Part shown: positions 59,162 through 64,000 of the stretch, one piece after another
Numbering within the stretch: the first letter of the stretch is position 1
Layout of the letters: every line of letters begins with the position of its first letter
Source: Paludibaculum sp.
Lineage (GTDB): Bacteria; Acidobacteriota; Terriglobia; Bryobacterales; Bryobacteraceae
DNA length: 64,000 bases
Direction of reading: 5' to 3'
Assembly: GCA_036504135.1 (NCBI GenBank)
Contig: DASXVP010000001.1
Span: forward strand, 26,216 to 90,215
Notes under the pieces: model-generated
What the model was told of the DNA's origin: nothing
The model's input: the letters and a program-made list of their open reading frames with translations, nothing else
Databases searched by the model: none
Position numbers and translations under genes: made by a program

Positions 59162-60511
59162 TTAGGCGAGGCCGTATTCCTTGAGGCGGTACTGGAGGGT
59201 GCGGAGACTGATGCCGAGCTCGCGGGCAGCGTGGGTACGGTTGCCTTGATGGCGCTGGAGGGCCTCCTTGATCGCGCGGCGCTCGAGGTCCCGCATATTG
59301 AGGGTGCCGGCGGCAGCGCTGAGGGGATCTCCGTTGGCGCCGGCGAAAGGGAGGTGCTCCGGGAGGATGGATTCGTCGGCGAGGATGGCGGCGCGTTCGA
59401 TGGCATTTTCGAGTTCACGGACATTCCCGGGCCAGGGGTGAGCGCGGAGGGCGTAGCGGGCCTCGTCGCTGAGGCGGAGGTTGGGTTTCTCGAAGTGGCG
59501 GGCGGCGCGGCCGAGGAAGAGCTCGGCCAGGGCGTCGATATCGGCGGGGCGCTCGCGGAGCGGGGGGATCTCGATGGGGAAGGTGCTGAGGCGGAAGTAG
59601 AGATCGGCGCGGAAGCGGCCTTGCTGAACGTTGCGTTGCAGATCCTGGTTGGTAGCGGCGATGATGCGGACATCCACGGGGATGGGCTGGCCGCCGCCGA
59701 CGCGTTCCAGGACGCGCTCCTGGAGCACGCGGAGGAGCTTCGACTGGAGAGCGGCGTCGAGCTCGCCGATTTCATCGAGGAAGAGGGTGCCGCCGCCGGC
59801 GCGTTCAAAGACGCCGCTGTGGCGATCCGTGGCGCCGGTGAAGGAGCCGCGCTCGTGGCCGAAGAGTTCACTTTCGATGAGCGTGGGTGACAGGGCGGCG
59901 CAGTTGATGGCAGTGAAGGACTTGGAGGCGCGGCGGCTGTGGGCATGGAGGCAGCGGGCGATCACCTCTTTGCCGACACCGCTTTCGCCGAGGAGGAGGA
60001 CGGTGGCGGGCGTGGGCGCGACGCGCTGGAGGAGGCCGAGGATGTGGATCATGCGCTGATCGCGGGCGACCATGGCTCCGCACATGCCTGGATTCTCGGG
60101 CGTGGGCGGCGGGGCGGGTTCAGGCGAGGCGGTGTTGAGGGCGAGGGTGCGGCGGACGAGACGGCGGAGCTCGTCGGGGCTGCGGAGGGGCTTTTCGAGG
60201 TAGTCGAGCGCGCCGCGCTTCATGGCGTCGACGGCGGTGGAGACGGTGCCGAAGCCGGTGATGAGGACGAAGGGAGTTTGGGGGGCGTGTTCGGAGAACC
60301 ATTTCTGCACGTCGAGGCCATCGCCGTCGGGGAGCTTGAGGTCTGAGATCACGAGCGAGAAGGATTGGTTTCCGCAGAGGCGCCGGGCGTCGGCAACTTT
60401 GGCGGCGGTCTCGACGGGATAGGCTTCGCCGGCGAGGATGGTTTCCAGCAGTTTGCGGAAGCCGGGATCGTCATCGACGACCAGAATGGGATTGATCATT
60501 TCGTGCTCCAT
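59162..60511 (-). CDS. sigma-54-dependent response regulator (NtrC/ZraR-like)
   Basis: REC domain (ILVVDDD...SDLKLPDGDG), AAA+ domain (GESGVGKE, GSFTGA, ESELFGHERG) and C-terminal HTH. An alternative start at 60499 makes an ATGA overlap with the kinase stop. Confidence 0.93.
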   Translation of the reverse strand: MEHEMINPILVVDDDPGFRKLLETILAGEAYPVETAAKVADARRLCGNQSFSLVISDLKLPDGDGLDVQKWFSEHAPQTPFVLITGFGTVSTAVDAMKRGALDYLEKPLRSPDELRRLVRRTLALNTASPEPAPPPTPENPGMCGAMVARDQRMIHILGLLQRVAPTPATVLLLGESGVGKEVIARCLHAHSRRASKSFTAINCAALSPTLIESELFGHERGSFTGATDRHSGVFERAGGGTLFLDEIGELDAALQSKLLRVLQERVLERVGGGQPIPVDVRIIAATNQDLQRNVQQGRFRADLYFRLSTFPIEIPPLRERPADIDALAELFLGRAARHFEKPNLRLSDEARYALRAHPWPGNVRELENAIERAAILADESILPEHLPFAGANGDPLSAAAGTLNMRDLERRAIKEALQRHQGNRTHAARELGISLRTLQYRLKEYGLA

Positions 60512-61599
60512 CGAATCTCGGCGCGGGCGCCAGTGGGCTGCGCACCGGTGAGCTCAACATTTCCGTTTAGTGCCCGCACCAGATTGCGGACGATGGCGAG
60601 GCCTAGGCCGGTACCCTGGGCCTTGGTGGTGACGAAAGGCTGGAAGAGTTTCGGGCGCAGATCCGGGGGGATGCCGGGGCCGTTGTCGGTGACTCGGATG
60701 AGCCCCGGCTCAGCATGCAGGCTCACCTGATCACCGGCTTCCATGGCGTTGCGGAGGAGATTAAGGACGGCCTGTTCGAGCATGTCAGGATCGGTGCGGA
60801 GCTGGAAATCGGCAGTGTGGAAGACGACACCGGGGGCGTGGGGACGAAGGCGCGTTTCCATTTCACGCCAGGAGATGACGCGCCATTTTGGCTGGGGAGC
60901 GCGGGCATAGGCGAGGAGGTCCTTGACGAGCTGCTCCAGGCGGCTGGTCTGTTCGAGAGAGGTGTCGAGCCAGAGACGGATGTCTCCGGTGGCGCGTTCC
61001 TGGGCGAGCTGGAGGAAGCCCTTGAGGGCGCCGAGCGGATTGCGGATCTCGTGGGCGAGGACGGCCGACAACTGGCCCAGCTCGGCGAGGCGGGCGAGGC
61101 GCGCCTGTTTCTCGCGAGCCCAGACGGCGTAGGCCATGAGGAGGGCCATCATGAGGGCGACGGCGATGGAGAGGTAGAGGTTCTGGCGGGGACGGGCGGT
61201 GAGGAAATCGGCGGCGGCGGGGTTGAGGTCGAGGCGCGCCAGACGGGGACCGGCATCGGTGTGATAGGGGACCCAGGCGCGGAATCCGGCTGGGGAGGAC
61301 GCTTCCAGACGGAAGAGCTCCTGGCCATCGAAGAAGGGACGGATGGAGGGCTCGGTGACCGAATCGGATGCGCCGTAGCTGCGCACGTCGAGCAGGGCGG
61401 GTTCCTCGTCGATGACCTGCTGGATGGAGACCTGCTCGAGGCGGGCGGCGATTTCGGCGGCCTTGTTGCGCAGGAAGGCGCCGCGGGCCTGTTCGAGCTC
61501 GCGCAGCATGAGCAGCGCGTTGACGAGGAGGATGAGCGGCAGGACCAGGAGCAGAACGGCCACGACCCGCCAGATCAGCCTGGATGGAATCGGAGACAT
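60496..61599 (-). CDS. sensor histidine kinase with a periplasmic loop between two TM helices
   Basis: H-box LAHEIRNPL, N-box LLRNAMEA and G-boxes DNGPGI / GTGLGLAIV. Confidence 0.9.
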   Translation of the reverse strand: MSPIPSRLIWRVVAVLLLVLPLILLVNALLMLRELEQARGAFLRNKAAEIAARLEQVSIQQVIDEEPALLDVRSYGASDSVTEPSIRPFFDGQELFRLEASSPAGFRAWVPYHTDAGPRLARLDLNPAAADFLTARPRQNLYLSIAVALMMALLMAYAVWAREKQARLARLAELGQLSAVLAHEIRNPLGALKGFLQLAQERATGDIRLWLDTSLEQTSRLEQLVKDLLAYARAPQPKWRVISWREMETRLRPHAPGVVFHTADFQLRTDPDMLEQAVLNLLRNAMEAGDQVSLHAEPGLIRVTDNGPGIPPDLRPKLFQPFVTTKAQGTGLGLAIVRNLVRALNGNVELTGAQPTGARAEIRWSTK

Positions 61600-61644
61600 A
61601 CGTCTGAATGTGGGGATGCAGAAACTGCGCGGAAGGTGACCGGG

Positions 61645-62040
61645 CTATTCGCGGGGTACGGCGCCCTGGCGCATGCCGCCCATCCACAGGGGCCAGCCAT
61701 TGTCGTCGCGGAGCCTGAGGACCTTTTTGGTTGTGGGCAGTTCGACGCGAATCGCCACGACGTTTTCGCCCATTTTGTAGCCCTTGGCTTCCAGCAGGTC
61801 ACCGGCCTTGGGTGTGAAGTTTTCCTGGACGAGGTAGCGCATGGCGCCGAGATAGAGTTTTACGGAGCCCTTGGCCGTGTTGACTTCGAGGAACGGCATG
61901 CCCTGCCCCATGGCGATCTGGACGCGGGTGATGGTACCGCGGACTTCAACGACAGGATTCTCCGCGATGGGCGGCTTGGGCTCGTCGCCGGCCCAGACCG
62001 GCGACGAGATCAGGAACATGGCGAGCAGCCAGTTCTTCAT
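61645..62040 (-). CDS. secreted hypothetical protein (resembles MamS/MamX-domain periplasmic proteins)
   Basis: 131 aa ORF with signal peptide. ...GMPFLEVNTAKGSVKLYLGAMRYL...GDLLEAKGYK...LRLRDDNGWPLW pattern recalled from that family. Confidence 0.55.
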   Translation of the reverse strand: MKNWLLAMFLISSPVWAGDEPKPPIAENPVVEVRGTITRVQIAMGQGMPFLEVNTAKGSVKLYLGAMRYLVQENFTPKAGDLLEAKGYKMGENVVAIRVELPTTKKVLRLRDDNGWPLWMGGMRQGAVPRE

Positions 62041-62062
62041 GGCACTAGTCTCCAGCTCCAGC

Positions 62063-62296
62063 TTACTTCTTCACTTGAGCGCGCGGGCAGGAGGCGGCGT
62101 TGGGACAGTTCTGGCATTGGGTTTTGTCGCACTGGCCGGTACACTTCTGGCCGTCACGTTTGCATTGGCCCTGGCCTTGCCGCTGGCACTGACCCTGGCC
62201 GCGGCCCTGACCTTGGCCCTGACCACCAGCTTGGCCCGCAGCGAGCGGCGCGGCGAGGGCGACACAAAACACCATCATGGTAACGAACGTCTTCAT
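62063..62296 (-). CDS. small secreted GQ-repeat / Cys-rich protein (77 aa)
   Basis: ATG at 62296 follows GAGGTG. MKTFVTMMVFCVALAAPLAAGQAGGQGQGQGRGQGQCQRQGQGQCKRDGQKCTGQCDKTQCQNCPNAASCPRAQVKK: a signal peptide, then 7 Cys in about 35 residues. Confidence 0.55.
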   Translation of the reverse strand: MKTFVTMMVFCVALAAPLAAGQAGGQGQGQGRGQGQCQRQGQGQCKRDGQKCTGQCDKTQCQNCPNAASCPRAQVKK

Positions 62297-62320
62297 GGAA
62301 TCACCTCTGCGGGGTGTTGT

Positions 62321-62336
62321 TGCAGTTGGCGGGCCA
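62321..62336 (-). promoter_or_regulatory. sigma-54 (-24/-12) promoter
   Basis: Minus strand TGGCCCGCCAACTGCA against the consensus TGGCACG-N4-TTGCW, with exact GG-to-GC spacing. The predicted transcription start is about 14 nt upstream of the ATG at 62296. Confidence 0.55.
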
Positions 62337-62379
62337 ACGAGAAACCGCAGTGAAATCAGCGGAAAGGGTGAGGAGACGG

Positions 62380-62412
62380 GCGGCAAATGCGCAGCTGGTG
62401 CATGCTTGCCGC
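62380..62412. promoter_or_regulatory. dyad symmetry upstream of the sigma-54 promoter (candidate activator binding site)
   Basis: GCGGCAA-19 nt-TTGCCGC, with internal GCATGC and CAGCTG palindromes. It is centred roughly 85 nt upstream of the predicted transcription start. Confidence 0.35.
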
Positions 62413-62432
62413 GCAGAGCTTGCATAGCGATG

Positions 62433-64000
62433 TCAGCGGATGGCGTAGTCGCTATCGAGGCGCACGGTCTCGCCGGGTTGGAGTAAGCGCTTCTTCGACC
62501 AGAGGCCGAGGATGACGCGCCGCTGGCTTTTCGCGGACCAGTTGAGCACGCCGCGATCGGCCTGCTCAGGCGGGAACCGGTTGATGATTTCCAGGGACGC
62601 GCCGGGGTTGAGGATGCGCCACTCGCCGTTGGGGTTTCGGTCGGCGGCGTAGGTTTCGGTGCCGGTGGGCTGCTGGGCCGGCTCGACCATGCGGCGTTTG
62701 ACGGGCGAGCCGGCGGCGGGCTTGAACTCGACGGACGCGTCTTCCATGGGGCCGGCGTCGGAGTCGAACTGCGACTGGATGACGGCATCGAGGGGCGTGG
62801 TGGAGGCGTTGCCGGCGATGGTCTCGGTATGGAAGCTCGGCTCGGCGGCGTCGAGGCGGATAGTGCGGCGGAGCGTGAGCCCTTGGGGGGTGATGCCGGT
62901 GAGGATGGCCTCGTGTTTGTCTGGCGAAAGCTCCACGGCCCATCGCACGGTGTAGGCGGGGGCGTTGACGAAATCGGGATAGACGGACGCGCTGAGGCCG
63001 GTGCGGTTGGGATAGGCGGTCTCTTCGGCGGCGGGCTGATTGAGGAGCTCGCGGCCGCTGCGTTTGTCGATGATGTGGACGACACGCGCATTGAGCTCGG
63101 GGACGAGATCGAGGCGGAGAGTGGAGCTTTCGAGAGTGACGACGCGGTAGGCGCGGAGGGTGGCGGTGAAGTTGGCGTCGTCCTTGGCGAGCTCGGCCTC
63201 CTCGCTGAGGCGGGTGACGCCGAGGGCTTTGGCGTCGGTGACAAAGGCGGGCCACTCGGTCTTGAGACGATCCAGTCCGGCGGGCGCGTACCAGCCATCG
63301 CGGATGGTGAACGCCTGGAGCTTGCGGAGCTCGAGGTAGCGCAGGGAGAGTTCAGCCTGGCGGATGCGACGGCGGATGGTGTCGTCGGTGGCCTGGGCGA
63401 GGGCGGCGCGGATCAACTGTTTGGCCTGGTTGAGGCGGGTGTCGCTCATGCGCGGCGCGCGGCAGCACCACCAGTGCTGGGCCTCGCCCTGGGGCTCGGG
63501 GCGGACGAGGCTGTGGAGCAGATCGAGGTAGGCGCGCATGGAGGGCGCGGCGGGGCCGTAGTAGATCTCGTGGAACTCGTCGACGGTCTTCCAAAAATCT
63601 GTGCGCGGATCCCAGAGCATGCGGGCGATGACGTAGGCGCGGAGAGGCGCCTCCGAACCGCCGGCAGGGGTGCTGCCCTGCATGAAGAGGCCGGCGACTC
63701 CGTTGCGGTGGTACATGGGGATATCGGCGGCGAGCTCGTCGAAATCGGGCACGGGGAGGAGGTAGTGAGAGAAGTTTGCGTTGTAGTGCCAGACGTAGAT
63801 GTTGCTTGTGATTTTGGCCCAGGCCTTGAGGTTTTTGACGATGTAGGCGTTGTGGGGGCACTGTTCGTAGGGGTGGGCATTGCAGGCGCCGATGGGACAC
63901 ATGCGGATGCGGACATTGGGGCGGGGGCGGGTGAGGGAGGGCGGGGCCTCGGAGTAGAAGTAGGCGAGAGTGTCGATGAGCTTACCGGGGTGAGACTGGG
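62433..64000 (-). CDS. DUF4838-domain glycoside-hydrolase-like protein, C-terminal part (gene continues past the right edge)
   Basis: The frame is open to the window end (...LIDTLAYFYSEAPPSLTRPRPNVRIRMCPIGACNAHPY...YVWHYNANF...), a pattern recalled from DUF4838. Confidence 0.65.
   Translation of the reverse strand, partial: QSHPGKLIDTLAYFYSEAPPSLTRPRPNVRIRMCPIGACNAHPYEQCPHNAYIVKNLKAWAKITSNIYVWHYNANFSHYLLPVPDFDELAADIPMYHRNGVAGLFMQGSTPAGGSEAPLRAYVIARMLWDPRTDFWKTVDEFHEIYYGPAAPSMRAYLDLLHSLVRPEPQGEAQHWWCCRAPRMSDTRLNQAKQLIRAALAQATDDTIRRRIRQAELSLRYLELRKLQAFTIRDGWYAPAGLDRLKTEWPAFVTDAKALGVTRLSEEAELAKDDANFTATLRAYRVVTLESSTLRLDLVPELNARVVHIIDKRSGRELLNQPAAEETAYPNRTGLSASVYPDFVNAPAYTVRWAVELSPDKHEAILTGITPQGLTLRRTIRLDAAEPSFHTETIAGNASTTPLDAVIQSQFDSDAGPMEDASVEFKPAAGSPVKRRMVEPAQQPTGTETYAADRNPNGEWRILNPGASLEIINRFPPEQADRGVLNWSAKSQRRVILGLWSKKRLLQPGETVRLDSDYAIR

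Noticed and set aside
62396-62409. Sigma-54-like TGGTGCATGCTTGC on the plus strand.
   Set aside because: The spacing is one nucleotide short, and it points into the 3' end of the convergently oriented DUF4838 gene. It is more likely part of the dyad described above.
62297-63298. Upstream 334 codons of the 411-aa minus-strand ORF 62063-63298.
   Set aside because: They are Pro/Ser/Ala/Thr low complexity in a frame that shadows the DUF4838 gene. Only the last 77 codons (from the ATG at 62296) have a ribosome-binding site, a signal peptide and a promoter.

Overview
High-G+C bacterial chromosomal segment, most likely Acidobacteriota. The pointers are a PadR + ADOP duplicated orphan permease pair, a CarboxypepD_reg-type TonB-dependent receptor, CRTAC1/ASPIC-UnbV FG-GAP proteins and ATPase-less MacB-type permeases. 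I support about 57 protein-coding genes and saw no rRNA, tRNA, CRISPR array, transposase or integrase. Left to right: a compact DAP/lysine operon (dapD-dapA-dapB-lysC-asd-M20); a CRTAC1/TonB-receptor cluster; a MacA/MacB-like exporter; vapBC plus a compositionally foreign orphan gene; sugar-related enzymes; PadR-ADOP; a rhodanese gene interrupted by TGA; alaC; a GNAT; a minimal cpaB-tadB-tadC set; a rhomboid; an ABC-2 exporter; dnaB; dps; two back-to-back PIN toxin-antitoxin pairs; a TetR-MFP-RND operon; and a sigma-54 two-component module. Most interesting: (1) the rhodanese has an in-frame TGA exactly at the catalytic-Cys position, followed by a SECIS-like hairpin, so it is a candidate selenoprotein. 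(2) A single 1597-codon ORF fuses an AcrB-type RND pump to a TolC-type outer-membrane factor through an internal signal-peptide-like segment. (3) A well-spaced sigma-54 promoter drives a secreted GQ-repeat/Cys-rich mini-protein, a periplasmic protein, a sensor kinase and a sigma-54 activator. (4) Strand compositional asymmetry at synonymous sites changes sign between about 30 and 38 kb. (5) A REP/MITE-like dispersed element has short tandem repeats attached at three of its loci. All calls come from reading the sequence and the supplied ORF track. No database search or computation was run.
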